Made by a program: the position numbers and the translations under genes | Notes under the pieces: model-generated | What the model was told of the DNA's origin: nothing | What the model saw: only the letters and a program-made list of their open reading frames with translations | Databases searched by the model: none | Origin: Planctomycetota bacterium | GTDB taxonomy: Bacteria > Planctomycetota > UBA8108 > SXIK01 | Assembly (NCBI GenBank): GCA_965223845.1 | Contig: CBDCXR010000004.1 | Span: 4,608,001 to 4,672,000 of the forward strand | Length of the DNA: 64,000 nucleotides | Direction of reading: 5' to 3' | In this document: in pieces, positions 39,371 to 49,738 of the stretch | How the letters are laid out: the number at the start of each line of letters is the position of its first letter | Numbering within the stretch: position 1 is the first letter of the stretch

Positions 39371-42147
39371 TCTGGACTCGAAAGCCGCAAGAGTTCGGCG
39401 GCACAACGAGCCGTTGCACGGCGACTAGACCGACCGTCGCGCTGCGCTCGATCAGCGCGCTCGCGGTTTTCGTCGCGATGGCGCTCAGCGCGGCAGCCGA
39501 GGAGCCGGCGCCGGCGCAGGAATCGAGTCCCTCGACGCCCAGACCGCGCTGGACGACGTCCCGCGTTCGCGGCACGCCGGAACCGCCCCTCGCTTACACG
39601 GTCGAAAAGACGTTCCAGCGCGTCGCGTGGAAAGCGCCGATCTACATCATCGCGGAACCGGGAACGCAGGACCTTCTCGTCGTCCAGCAGGGCGGCGAGC
39701 GCGACCGTCCGTCGCGGATCCTTCGCGTCCGCGACACCGGGGAAGCGGACCGAGCCGAACTCTTTCTCGAGGTCCCCGGACGACTCGTCTACAGCGTGAC
39801 GTTCGATCCGAGGTACCGAGAGAACGGCGTGGTCTACGTGTTCTCGAACGGTCCGACGGGCGCAGGGGAACGCTTCAATCGCATCTCGCGGTACCTCGTC
39901 CGCGGGGATGAAGAACGAGCGTGCGATTCGGATTCCGAGAGATCCATCATCGAATGGCCCTCGGCGGGACACGACGGCGGCGACATGGTGTTCGGTCACG
40001 ACGGAATGCTCTACATCTCGTCGGGTGACGGCACGGGCGACTCGGACTCCGACGTCACCGGGCAGGACCTCTCGAATCTCCTGGCCGCCGTTCTTCGCAT
40101 CGACGTCCGATCAGCGGCCGAAGAGGGCGACGAGTCGAACGCTCCCGCGTACACGATCCCGTCCGACAATCCCTTCGTCGAGCATCCCGGAGCGCGCGGC
40201 GAAATCTGGGCCTACGGCCTCCGTAATCCGTGGCGGATGAGCATCGACCGGAAGACCGGACGGATCTGGGTCGGCACGAACGGACAGGACCTCTGGGAAA
40301 CGGCGCACTTGCTCGGACGCGGCGAGAACTACGGGTGGAGCGTCTACGAAGGAAACCATCCCTTCTACCTCCACCGCGAGCTCGGCCCGACGCCGTTCGT
40401 CCCGCCCACCCTCGAGCATCATCACCACGAGGCGCGCTCGCTCACGGGCGGGGTTGTCTATTACGGCGCCAAGATTCCAGATCTCGAGGGCGTCTATGTC
40501 TACGGCGACTACGCGACCGGGAAGATCTGGGGCGCGCGTCACGACGGTGCCCGGGTCACGTGGAAAGCCGAGCTCGCGGATACCTCGCTTCAAATTGCCG
40601 GTTTCGGCCTAGGTCATTCGGGCGATCTCTACGTCGTCGACCATGGCGGGGGCATCTACAAGCTCGTCCCTCGGCCTCCTCAAGGAGAGGATCGTTCTCC
40701 GTTTCCCCGTCGTCTGAGCGAAACCGGGATCTACGAATCGGTCGCCGAGCACCGCGTCGCGCCCGGCATCATTCGCTACTCCGTGAACGCTCCCGGCTGG
40801 AACGACGGCGCAGACGTCGATCGTTTCGTTGCGCTCCCGGGCGATGCGCGTGCGTCGTTCGCCGGCTCGCGCGGCTGGAACTTTCCGAACGGTGCCGTGC
40901 TCGTGCAGACCCTCTCTCTCGCCGGACGGAGAGTCGAAACACGCCTTCTCCACCGCGAGAGGAACGAGTGGCGCGGCTACTCGTTCCGCTGGCTGAACGA
41001 TGGGAGCGATGCCGAGCTCGTTCCCAAGAACGGCCTGACCACCGAGCTCGCTCACACAGCCGGAGCATCCGACGAGTCTTCACCCGGTGGGCGTACGTGG
41101 CGATTTCCCTCGCGAACGGAGTGCCTGTCGTGCCATTCGCGCGCGGCGAACTTCGTCCTCGGCCTTCGCACCGCGCAGGTCAACCGCAGCCAAGACTTCG
41201 GACACGGACCGGAGAATCAACTCCGGGCGTTCGTTCGCCTCGAGGCACTCGCGGGCGCTCCGGCCTCCGCTCCCGACGGACTGAGTCAGCTCGTCGATCC
41301 GTACGACGAGACAGCCGGTCTCGAACTCCGAGTTCGCTCGTACCTCGACGCGAACTGCGCGGGCTGTCACGTCGAAGCAGGCGGGGGGAACGCGAAGCTC
41401 TCGCTAGCCCACTCGACAGCGCTCGCCGGCACAAACTTGATTTCGCACCGCCCGCAGCACCATGCATTTGAGATTGCGAACGCGATGATCGTCGCGCCCG
41501 GGAACCCCGAGCGCTCGGTCCTCCTCCAGCGCTTGAGTCGGCGCGGGAGCGGTCAGATGCCGCCGCTCGCCAGTCTGCGAGTCGACGAACGCGCGGTCAC
41601 GCTCGTCCGCGCTTGGATCGAGAGTCTCCCGGTGCCGGAGAGGCGAATCGTTCGAGACTGGACCCTGAAGGATTTCTCCGGCCGCGTCGGGGAGGTTACG
41701 GCAAATCGTTCCTTCGCGGCGGGGCAGGCCGCGTTCGAGTCGACTGGGTGTACGCAGTGCCATCGGTTCCGCCGGAAAGGTGGCGGTGTCGGACCCGATC
41801 TGACGAACCTCGGGAGCCGCATGACGCCCGAGAAGCTGCTCGAAGCGCTGATCGAGCCTTCGAAAACCATTGCCCCGGGTTACGCAACGACGATCGTGCA
41901 GACGAGCGACGGCGAGGTCTACACCGGGCGCATCGACAGCGAAGACGAGGACGGAATCGTCCTTCGCACGGTGGCATCGTTCGCCGAGCCGACGAGAATC
42001 GAGAAGAGCGAGATCGTCGATCGGAGTGCGTCAACGGAGTCGATCATGCCGGCCGGAGCGCTCGACACGCTCGAGGCGCACGAGGTCCTCGATCTGCTCG
42101 CGTTCCTGCTCGCCGGCGGCTCGCGCGAGCACCCGGCGTTCGAGTAA
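39367..42147 (+). CDS. Glucose/sorbosone dehydrogenase-type beta-propeller fused to cytochrome c domains (3 CxxCH)
   Basis: HDGGDMVFGHDGMLYISSGDG, EIWAYGLRNPWR, NYGWS; CLSCH, CAGCH, CTQCH; GTG start overlapping the upstream TGA is inferred. Confidence 0.88.
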   Translation: MIWTRKPQEFGGTTSRCTATRPTVALRSISALAVFVAMALSAAAEEPAPAQESSPSTPRPRWTTSRVRGTPEPPLAYTVEKTFQRVAWKAPIYIIAEPGTQDLLVVQQGGERDRPSRILRVRDTGEADRAELFLEVPGRLVYSVTFDPRYRENGVVYVFSNGPTGAGERFNRISRYLVRGDEERACDSDSERSIIEWPSAGHDGGDMVFGHDGMLYISSGDGTGDSDSDVTGQDLSNLLAAVLRIDVRSAAEEGDESNAPAYTIPSDNPFVEHPGARGEIWAYGLRNPWRMSIDRKTGRIWVGTNGQDLWETAHLLGRGENYGWSVYEGNHPFYLHRELGPTPFVPPTLEHHHHEARSLTGGVVYYGAKIPDLEGVYVYGDYATGKIWGARHDGARVTWKAELADTSLQIAGFGLGHSGDLYVVDHGGGIYKLVPRPPQGEDRSPFPRRLSETGIYESVAEHRVAPGIIRYSVNAPGWNDGADVDRFVALPGDARASFAGSRGWNFPNGAVLVQTLSLAGRRVETRLLHRERNEWRGYSFRWLNDGSDAELVPKNGLTTELAHTAGASDESSPGGRTWRFPSRTECLSCHSRAANFVLGLRTAQVNRSQDFGHGPENQLRAFVRLEALAGAPASAPDGLSQLVDPYDETAGLELRVRSYLDANCAGCHVEAGGGNAKLSLAHSTALAGTNLISHRPQHHAFEIANAMIVAPGNPERSVLLQRLSRRGSGQMPPLASLRVDERAVTLVRAWIESLPVPERRIVRDWTLKDFSGRVGEVTANRSFAAGQAAFESTGCTQCHRFRRKGGGVGPDLTNLGSRMTPEKLLEALIEPSKTIAPGYATTIVQTSDGEVYTGRIDSEDEDGIVLRTVASFAEPTRIEKSEIVDRSASTESIMPAGALDTLEAHEVLDLLAFLLAGGSREHPAFE

Positions 42148-42420
42148 AAGCTTACGAGTCGAGCGTGAGTGGCGGCTCCCTCGCCGCGCAGAGTCGGGCC
42201 CAGGAAATGCGCCGCGCCGAAGTAAGAAGCCCCGATCTCGCCGCGTCAGAGAAGAGCCAGGGGAAGTCGATGGAGGCCGATCGCCAGTCGTCCGGACATT
42301 CTCGGCGCGAGGCTCGCAGGGGGCGAAGCCTCTCGACAAATTGCGGAACTCCACGCGCGGCTGCCGCGTTCGTCGGAGGAAGGTCGAACTCAAGGTGTTC
42401 TCTGCCCATCGGAGCGACAG

Positions 42421-43218
42421 ATGACGGAAACCGACACCACCGCCAAAGCGCAGGCGGCCTCTCGCCCGTGGACGAAGCTCGTCGTGCTCGGCCTCTTCGT
42501 CGGCGCCGCCGGTGCCGCGTATTACTTCTTTGGTGACGCGCTCACCCTCGAGAGCCTTGCCGAGAAGGAAGCGGCCGTTCGCGATTACCAGAAGGACTCG
42601 GCTCTCGTCGTGTACGGAGCAGCGTTTCTCATCTACGTCGCCGTCACCGGGCTCTCGATTCCCGGCGCCGCTCCCCTCACTCTCGTCTTCGGATGGTTCT
42701 TCGGCTTTTGGCGCTCGCTCGTCCTCGTCAGCTTCGCGTCGACGACCGGCGCGACGATCGCGTTTCTTCTCAGCCGCTATCTCCTTCGCGATTCGATCCA
42801 GAATCGTTTCGGCGAACGCCTCGCGGCCTTCAATCGCGCACTCGATCGTGAGGGCGCGTTCTACCTCTTCACTCTCCGCTTGATTCCCGCGGTCCCCTTC
42901 TTTGTTATCAACGTCGTGATGGGACTCACTCGAATTCGTGCGCTGACGTTTTGGTGGGTGAGCCAGGTCGGTATGCTCGCGGGAACAGCCGTCTTCGTCT
43001 ACGCAGGCTCGAGCGTGCCGGATTCGGCGACCTTGGCCGAACAAGGCGTCGGTGGAATCCTCACCACCAATGTCATCCTCGCGTTCGTCGTCCTCGGGTT
43101 GTTTCCGCTCGTCGTCAAGAAAGTCTTCGAGCGCTTCCGCCCCGCTCCGAACGACGATGCCTCGAGTCCGATTCCGCCTTCGAGACCGAACCCGGACGCG
43201 GCGTCCGTCGATCCATAA
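42421..43218 (+). CDS. TVP38/TMEM64 (DedA/VTT) membrane protein
   Basis: SIPGAAPLTL, GATIAFLLSRY, LRLIPAVPFFVIN. Confidence 0.93.
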   Translation: MTETDTTAKAQAASRPWTKLVVLGLFVGAAGAAYYFFGDALTLESLAEKEAAVRDYQKDSALVVYGAAFLIYVAVTGLSIPGAAPLTLVFGWFFGFWRSLVLVSFASTTGATIAFLLSRYLLRDSIQNRFGERLAAFNRALDREGAFYLFTLRLIPAVPFFVINVVMGLTRIRALTFWWVSQVGMLAGTAVFVYAGSSVPDSATLAEQGVGGILTTNVILAFVVLGLFPLVVKKVFERFRPAPNDDASSPIPPSRPNPDAASVDP

Positions 43219-43252
43219 GAGATTCCCCTCGGGCAGAGAGAAAGGTCGACTC

Positions 43253-44800
43253 ATGTCAGAGACCGCGACGAAGAACCGAGCCACGGAGGAGTGGATTCAG
43301 CTCCAGCCGCGCGACGAGCACAACCTCGAGCTCGAGCGGAATGTCCGCCCGCCCGATTGGGTGAATCCGAAGCCCGAGGGCCGGTACAACCTCGTCGTCA
43401 TCGGCGGCGGCACTGCCGGCCTCGTGTCCGCGGCCGGCGCAGCCGGACTCGGCGCTAAGGTCGCGCTGATCGAGCGCGAGCTGCTGGGTGGCGATTGTCT
43501 GAACGTCGGCTGCGTGCCCTCGAAGGGCGTCATCAGTGCCGCGCGCGTAGCCGCGACCGTGCGGGACGCGGGCGAGTTCGGCATCCGCGTACCCGAGGGA
43601 GTCGAGGTCGATTTCGGCGCGGCGATGGAGCGAATGCGGCGTCTCCGCGCGCGCATCAGCCCCAACGATTCGGCGGCGCGCTTTCGCGACCTCGGAGTCG
43701 ACGTGTTCGTCGGCTCCGGGCGCTTTGTCGACTCGGAGACGATCGACGTCGACGGAACTCAGCTCAAGTTCAAGCGCGCTGTGATCGCCACCGGCGCCCG
43801 CGCGGCAGCACCCCCGATCCCCGGGCTCGACACGGTCGAGCGACCGCTCACGAACGAGTCGGTGTTCTCGCTGACCGAGCGGCCGAACCGGCTCGGAGTC
43901 ATCGGAGCGGGACCGATCGGCTCGGAGCTCGCCCAGTCGTTCGCCCGGTTCGGCTCCGAGGTCTACCTCGTCGAGTCGGCGCACGGGATTCTAACGCGCG
44001 AAGATCCGGACGCAGCCGAGTTCGTGGAGCGACAGATGCTCCGCGACGGGGTCCGTCTCCTCTGCTGCGGACGCGACACGAAAGTCGTCGGAGGCGACCC
44101 GATCCGGCTCACTCTCGAATCTCACGACAAAGCCTACGACCAGCCGATCGACGAACTCCTCGTCGCGGTCGGCCGCGCGCCAAACGTCGAGAGCCTCAAT
44201 CTCGAGGCGGTCGGAGTCGAGTACGACAAGAAGGGTGTCAAGGTCGACGACCGACTTCGGACGACGAACCCGCGCATCTTCGCCGCGGGCGACGTCTGCT
44301 CGCGCTACCAGTTCACGCACGCCGCCGACTTCATGGCCCGGATCGTCATTCAGAACGCACTCTTCATGGGACGATCGAGAGCGAGCGCGCTTACGATTCC
44401 GTGGTGCACCTACACGACTCCCGAAATCGCGCGCGTCGGCCTCAACGAGAAAGATGCCGCCGATCAGGGGATCGCGATCGACACCTACACTCAGGAGCTC
44501 GCGGACGTCGACCGTGCGATTCTCGAAGGCGAGGAGGACGGATTCGTCCGCATCGTCACGAAAAAGGGCGCGGATCGAATTCTCGGTGCGACCATCGTCG
44601 CCCGGAACGCCGGCGACATGATCGGAGAGGTGACCCTCGCCATGACGCACGGGCTCGGCCTCAAGAAAATCGCCAGCGCGATCCATCCGTACCCCACGCA
44701 AGCGGAGGCGATTCGAAAGGTCGGTGACGCGTACAATCGGACGCGACTCACGCCGGGTGTGAAGCGTCTCTTCGAAAAGTGGCTGATCTGGACTCGCTAG
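43253..44800 (+). CDS. Class I pyridine nucleotide-disulfide oxidoreductase (MerA/LpdA-like, no C-terminal CC)
   Basis: GGGTAG, GGDCLNVGCVPSK, GAGPIG, HPYPTQAE. Confidence 0.9.
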   Translation: MSETATKNRATEEWIQLQPRDEHNLELERNVRPPDWVNPKPEGRYNLVVIGGGTAGLVSAAGAAGLGAKVALIERELLGGDCLNVGCVPSKGVISAARVAATVRDAGEFGIRVPEGVEVDFGAAMERMRRLRARISPNDSAARFRDLGVDVFVGSGRFVDSETIDVDGTQLKFKRAVIATGARAAAPPIPGLDTVERPLTNESVFSLTERPNRLGVIGAGPIGSELAQSFARFGSEVYLVESAHGILTREDPDAAEFVERQMLRDGVRLLCCGRDTKVVGGDPIRLTLESHDKAYDQPIDELLVAVGRAPNVESLNLEAVGVEYDKKGVKVDDRLRTTNPRIFAAGDVCSRYQFTHAADFMARIVIQNALFMGRSRASALTIPWCTYTTPEIARVGLNEKDAADQGIAIDTYTQELADVDRAILEGEEDGFVRIVTKKGADRILGATIVARNAGDMIGEVTLAMTHGLGLKKIASAIHPYPTQAEAIRKVGDAYNRTRLTPGVKRLFEKWLIWTR

Positions 44801-44852
44801 TCGATACAGCCCTCCGTCTTCTCTCACCGTAGAAAAACGCAGGAACGATACG

Positions 44853-46208
44853 ATGGAACTCGACGCTCGAACCGAGATCGATTGCTTCATGCAGGGACTC
44901 GTGAAGCGAAACCCGGGAGAAGAAGAGTTTCACCAGGCCGTGCGCGAGGTCACGGAAACGCTCATGCCGTACATTCTCGAGCATCCGCGCTACCGCGACG
45001 CGCGCATCCTCGAGCGGATGACGGAGCCGGATCGAGTCGTGATCTTTCGCGTGTCTTGGGAAGACGACGCCGGCAACGTCCGCGTCAACCGAGCCTGGCG
45101 CGTGCAGTTCAACAATTCGATCGGCCCGTACAAGGGCGGGATGCGGTTCCATCCGAGCGTGAACCTGAGCATCCTCAAATTCCTCGGCTTCGAGCAGACG
45201 TTTAAGAACAGCCTGACGGGTCTCCCGATGGGTGGCGCCAAGGGTGGTGCGAACTTCAATCCCAAAGGGAAGAGCGATCGCGAGGTGATGCGTTTTTGTC
45301 AGTCCCTCATCACCGAGCTCCATCGCCACGTCGGCGAAGACACCGACGTTCCGGCGGGAGACATCGGAGTCGGCGGCCGCGAAATCAGCTACATGTTCGG
45401 CCAGTACAAGCGGCTCGTGAACCGCTTCACGGGAATCCTCACCGGCAAGGGACTCGCGTTCGGCGGGAGCCTCATCCGCACCGAGGCGACGGGATATGGC
45501 TGCGTCTACTTCTGCGAGAACATGCTCCAGCACGTCAATGATTCGATCGCCGGCAAGACGTGCGTCGTGTCCGGATCCGGGAACGTCGCCATATACACCG
45601 TCGAGAAAGCGGCGGAGCTCGGCGCCAAGGTCGTCACGATCTCCGATTCCTCCGGATTCGTCCACGACCCCGACGGCTTCGACGCGGAGAAGATCGCGTA
45701 CATCAAGGATCTCAAGGAAGCGCGGCGCGGACGAGTCGGAGAGTACGCGGAACGGTTTCCGCGGGCCTCGTTCCACGCCGGCGAGCGCCCCTGGGGCGTG
45801 CCGTGTGACGTCGCCTTCCCGTGCGCGACGCAGAACGAGCTCAACTCGGACGAAGCGAAGACTCTCCTCGAGAACGGAGTGAAGGTCGTCTGCGAAGGCG
45901 CGAACATGCCGTCGGAGCTCGTCGCCGTACACATCTTCCGCGATGCGAAAATCCTGTTCGGTCCGGCGAAGGCAGCGAACGCCGGAGGAGTCGCGGTTTC
46001 AGGCCTCGAGCAGAGCCAGAACGCGCTCCGGCTGTCGTGGAGCCGCGACGAGGTCGACGAGCGGTTGAAGACGATCATGCGAGATATCCATCGGAACTGC
46101 GTCCGGCACGGGAGCGAGCCGGACGGATCCGTCGACTACGTAAAGGGCGCGAATCTCGCCGGCTTCATCAAGGTCGCCGACGCGATGCTCGCGTACGGAA
46201 TCGTGTGA
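44853..46208 (+). CDS. gdhA: NADP-specific glutamate dehydrogenase
   Basis: GPYKGGMRFH, MGGAKGG, DVPAGDIGVG, RTEATGYG, SGSGNVA, EGANMP, KAANAGGV. Confidence 0.97.
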   Translation: MELDARTEIDCFMQGLVKRNPGEEEFHQAVREVTETLMPYILEHPRYRDARILERMTEPDRVVIFRVSWEDDAGNVRVNRAWRVQFNNSIGPYKGGMRFHPSVNLSILKFLGFEQTFKNSLTGLPMGGAKGGANFNPKGKSDREVMRFCQSLITELHRHVGEDTDVPAGDIGVGGREISYMFGQYKRLVNRFTGILTGKGLAFGGSLIRTEATGYGCVYFCENMLQHVNDSIAGKTCVVSGSGNVAIYTVEKAAELGAKVVTISDSSGFVHDPDGFDAEKIAYIKDLKEARRGRVGEYAERFPRASFHAGERPWGVPCDVAFPCATQNELNSDEAKTLLENGVKVVCEGANMPSELVAVHIFRDAKILFGPAKAANAGGVAVSGLEQSQNALRLSWSRDEVDERLKTIMRDIHRNCVRHGSEPDGSVDYVKGANLAGFIKVADAMLAYGIV

Positions 46209-46210
46209 GC

Positions 46211-47146
46211 TCACTCGCTCTTCGGAAAGAGCTGGGACGACGTGTGGAGGAGCAGCGTCGCGTGGAGATCGTCCGGCCTTCGCTTGTCGAGCAGATTGAC
46301 GAGCCGATTCGCCATTCCCTCGCGCACCGAGGTTCGCGCGTACTCGACCGCAGACGCGCCGCAGCGCTCCGCCAGTCGCTCGAGAATGAAGAGCCCGGGG
46401 AGCAGCACCTCACGCCGGGAAGGATCGAGCTCCTCGGGTGCGCCGTGCCGTGCGACCCGATCGATCCAATCGCGGAGCTGCGAGACCGCGATCGAGTCGG
46501 AGCCCGAGATGCGCGCGAGCGCCTTGGCCGTACCGCCGGTGGCGAGCACTCGGGTGGGAGGTGAGATCGGGAGCTCCGCGAGAGCGGCGTCGCAGTACTC
46601 GCGATTCCGCCGCGCGAACTCCTCCGGGGAACGACGATACCGAGCGAACCGACAGTGATTTCGGATCGCGCCGAGCCTCACGCTGCCGCAATCGCGCAGC
46701 CGCCCCGCGTCGATGCGCGCCCACTCGGTCGTGGCGCCGCCGAGGTCCCCTAAGAGAACAGTCTCGCTCGCCGGCGCCGTGAACGTGCGTGCCATGAGCT
46801 TCGCCTCGTCGCGCCCGCCGATGACTCGCACGCGCACGCCCGTCTCGCTTTGGACCCGCTCCGCCAAATCGCGCATCTCGGGAAGCTCGCGGAAGACGCC
46901 GGTGGCAAGACAGAGGCACTTTTCGAGCGGCAATCCCTCGGAGTGCGAAGACGCGGTGCGGATTGCCGACAGGACCTCGTTCACCATTTCGACGCGGAGC
47001 GCGGGCTCGGTGAAGAACTCGTGCGCGACGCGCCAGGGGACTTTCGTCGTCTCGATCGAGTGCGTGCCGTCGAGCTCCTTCGAGACTCGATAGAACTTGA
47101 GCGAGTTCGACCCGAGCTCGAATAGACCGTACTGCCGCCGACTCAC
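46211..47146 (-). CDS. Short Ppx/GppA-family phosphatase (ASKHA fold)
   Basis: ELGSNSLK, LATGVFR, IGGRDEA, DLGGATTE, LGAIR, TGGTA, SVREG; GTG start with GGAGG RBS. Confidence 0.8.
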   Translation of the reverse strand: MSRRQYGLFELGSNSLKFYRVSKELDGTHSIETTKVPWRVAHEFFTEPALRVEMVNEVLSAIRTASSHSEGLPLEKCLCLATGVFRELPEMRDLAERVQSETGVRVRVIGGRDEAKLMARTFTAPASETVLLGDLGGATTEWARIDAGRLRDCGSVRLGAIRNHCRFARYRRSPEEFARRNREYCDAALAELPISPPTRVLATGGTAKALARISGSDSIAVSQLRDWIDRVARHGAPEELDPSRREVLLPGLFILERLAERCGASAVEYARTSVREGMANRLVNLLDKRRPDDLHATLLLHTSSQLFPKSE

Positions 47147-47688
47147 GGGCGTGCTCCCTCCGTCTCGGCTGCGAGCCGCGCGACGCCGGCGAGGAATCTC
47201 GCGCCCGCGGGAGTCCCCCACCGCAGGCTCGCGCGAAGAATTCCGCAGGGGCAGGGACCGCCTTAGCCGGCGACTCCTCTCCATCCGCCCGTCGGCCGGC
47301 GCCGAGCGTGGTCTGCACCCACGCACCCAGTTCCTCCGGGCCCGAAATCGCGCGTCTCCTCGAGCCCCCGCGCGATCGCACCCAGGATTCGGCGGCATCG
47401 TACCTCGATTTCCCGGGGGAACCGCTGAGATTCTCCGCCGCCGGGCCGGGTCCGGCGAGCCCACCGGAGGGACGCCGACCGAGAAGGTTTCTCGAATGAG
47501 CTCAAGCCCCCCCGTCAATCGACCGATAAATGGGGCGAGAAAATTACTTGAACTACTGGTTAGTCTGGAGGGTTCCGTCTAAGATCCTGTCGATCCTCCA
47601 AACCGGCCGCGCGGCCGGGATCCGGCTCTGGGCCTTTCTAGATCTCGGGGCTTCAGCGATTCTTCTGTTTTTTTCGGAGCACCGAGCG

Positions 47689-47979
47689 ATGGCTCAGAAG
47701 CTTTACGTCGGCAATCTTCCCTTTAGCGCCACCGAGGATGAGGTCCGCGACCTCTTCGCTCAATACGGCGAAGTTCTCTCGGTGACACTCATCACCGATC
47801 GGGAGACCGGCCGACCGCGCGGGTTCGGATTCGTCGAGATCGACGACAACGGCGCGAGCAACGCCATCGCGAGCCTCAACGGCACGGACTTCGGCGGTCG
47901 CGACCTGCGAGTCAACGAGGCGCGCGAGCGCAGCCCCAGAGGAGGGGGCGACGGCGGAGGTGGTAGACGTTCGTGGTGA
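47689..47979 (+). CDS. RRM RNA-binding protein with Gly-rich tail
   Basis: RNP2 LYVGNL; RNP1 RGFGFVEI; VNEARER. Confidence 0.95.
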   Translation: MAQKLYVGNLPFSATEDEVRDLFAQYGEVLSVTLITDRETGRPRGFGFVEIDDNGASNAIASLNGTDFGGRDLRVNEARERSPRGGGDGGGGRRSW

Positions 47980-48566
47980 TCTGAAGGATCGCCACTCAGG
48001 TCACGGAGGAGCAGCGCCTTCCCGGGCGCGGTGGCGGAGTGGTCCGGAGTCTCGCGTCGAGCGAGGGCTTCGAACCAAACGCTCGATGCCGGTCCGGGAG
48101 GCGGAGCTCGCCGCGGCGAGGTGACGGGGTAAGTCGGGGGAAAAGGAGAGAGCCGGAAAGGTGATCCGCAAGCGCACGCGGATCGAGTCCCGCTTCGCGG
48201 GGGGAGCGTTCTCTTCCGAGGGCGGCGCGTCGAACGGGACTCCGCCCCGGTCCATGGACGTCGAGCGGGACACGGTCGCGACATCGGACTCACGCAGCGC
48301 GCGATTCGCGACCGTCTGTGACCGACCGTCCCACCAGTGCCGCGCTCGCGGGAGAATCGACGAACCGCAAACGCCGACTCGAAGGTCGGCCGCGGAAAAC
48401 CGTCGAGACCACTAGCGAGACTCTACCCAAAACAACTCACGAGCCCGCACGAAACCGGCCGGCGCGACCCGTCGGACGATTCGTGGAGGCAGCACCGCCG
48501 AGAGACCGACGACGCGCGATTCTCGATTCAGAATTTTGACCACGATGAGAACTCAGGACGACCGCA

Positions 48567-49580
48567 ATGCGTGACGGCAGACTGCTGACTAGAGAGACGA
48601 AGCGATTCGCTTCGGAGAAGCGCGGGCGAAGCTGGTGGTACGTGATCTCGACGACTTGCGTCCTCGCCGCGCTGGTGACGGTCGCGTTCCTCGACCTCCC
48701 GTGGATCGTTAGGATCGGGGCCTGCCTCCTCGCCGGTCTCGTCCACGTCCGACTCTTCGTGATCTATCACGACTATCTCCACGGCGCGATCCTCGAGCGA
48801 TCGATCATCGCGAAGCTGTTCTTTCATATCTACGGGCTCTTCGTACTCGCGCCCCCGAGCATCTGGAAGGACACGCACGACCACCACCACCGCAACAACG
48901 CCCGTCGAATGGGCAGCGACAGCGTCGGAACATTTCCGATCATGACGACGCAGAGCTATCGACAAGCCGGTTTCGGCGCGCGGTTCATCTACGCTCTCAC
49001 TCGCCACCCGGTGACGATCGCCCTCGGCTACTTCACGGTGTTCCTCTACGGCTTCTGCATCCAACCGCTCCTCACCAATCCGAAGAAACATTACGACGCC
49101 GCCGTGTCGATCCTCCTTCACTTCGGGATCGCCGCGCTTCTCGCGCTCTGGAGTCCGGCGGCGATGCTCGTTGCCTTCATCCTCCCGATCGCTCTCGCCG
49201 CGGGGCTCGGTTCTTATCTCTTCTACGCGCAGCACAACTACCCGAGCGCGAAGATCCGTCCGGGAAAGGACTGGGATTACGTTTTCGCGGCGCTCCGCTC
49301 GTCGAGCTTTCTCGACACGAACCCGCTGATGCACTGGTTCACGGCGAACATCGGCTACCACCACGTTCACCACCTGAACGCTCGCATCCCGTTTTACCGT
49401 CTCCCCGAAGCGATGGCGGAGATCGAAGAGCTCCGCTCCCCCGGTACGACCACGCTGCGCCCGGGCGACATCATCCGCTGCCTGCGGCTCAAGCTCTGGG
49501 ATCCGGATCGCGACCGGTTCGTCTCTTTCGCTGAGAGTCGCCGCGCCGCGAAGCCGAAGCGAACGCCGGTCGAAGTCTGA
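48567..49580 (+). CDS. Membrane fatty acid desaturase
   Basis: Three His boxes: HDYLH, HDHHH, HHVHH. Confidence 0.93.
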   Translation: MRDGRLLTRETKRFASEKRGRSWWYVISTTCVLAALVTVAFLDLPWIVRIGACLLAGLVHVRLFVIYHDYLHGAILERSIIAKLFFHIYGLFVLAPPSIWKDTHDHHHRNNARRMGSDSVGTFPIMTTQSYRQAGFGARFIYALTRHPVTIALGYFTVFLYGFCIQPLLTNPKKHYDAAVSILLHFGIAALLALWSPAAMLVAFILPIALAAGLGSYLFYAQHNYPSAKIRPGKDWDYVFAALRSSSFLDTNPLMHWFTANIGYHHVHHLNARIPFYRLPEAMAEIEELRSPGTTTLRPGDIIRCLRLKLWDPDRDRFVSFAESRRAAKPKRTPVEV

Positions 49581-49738
49581 CGCGCAGACGAGCAGAGACC
49601 GGGATCCTCGCGCCGAGCGCGCTGCTCATCCTGGCGCGCCTATCGCGTCGATGGCAGCATGGAGCCTCTCCGTGACGACCGCGCGGCGGCCCGTCGTGGC
49701 CTCCACTCCCTACTCGACGCGAACGAGGATTCCCTGCG

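Noticed and set aside
43253-44800. Mercuric reductase / mercury resistance
   Set aside because: No C-terminal Cys-Cys pair, no NmerA domain and no merR/T/P nearby. Pairing with a TVP38/DedA gene is the common non-mer arrangement.
48000-48560. Riboswitch or ncRNA upstream of the desaturase
   Set aside because: No recognisable cobalamin, TPP, SAM or c-di-GMP core motifs by eye.
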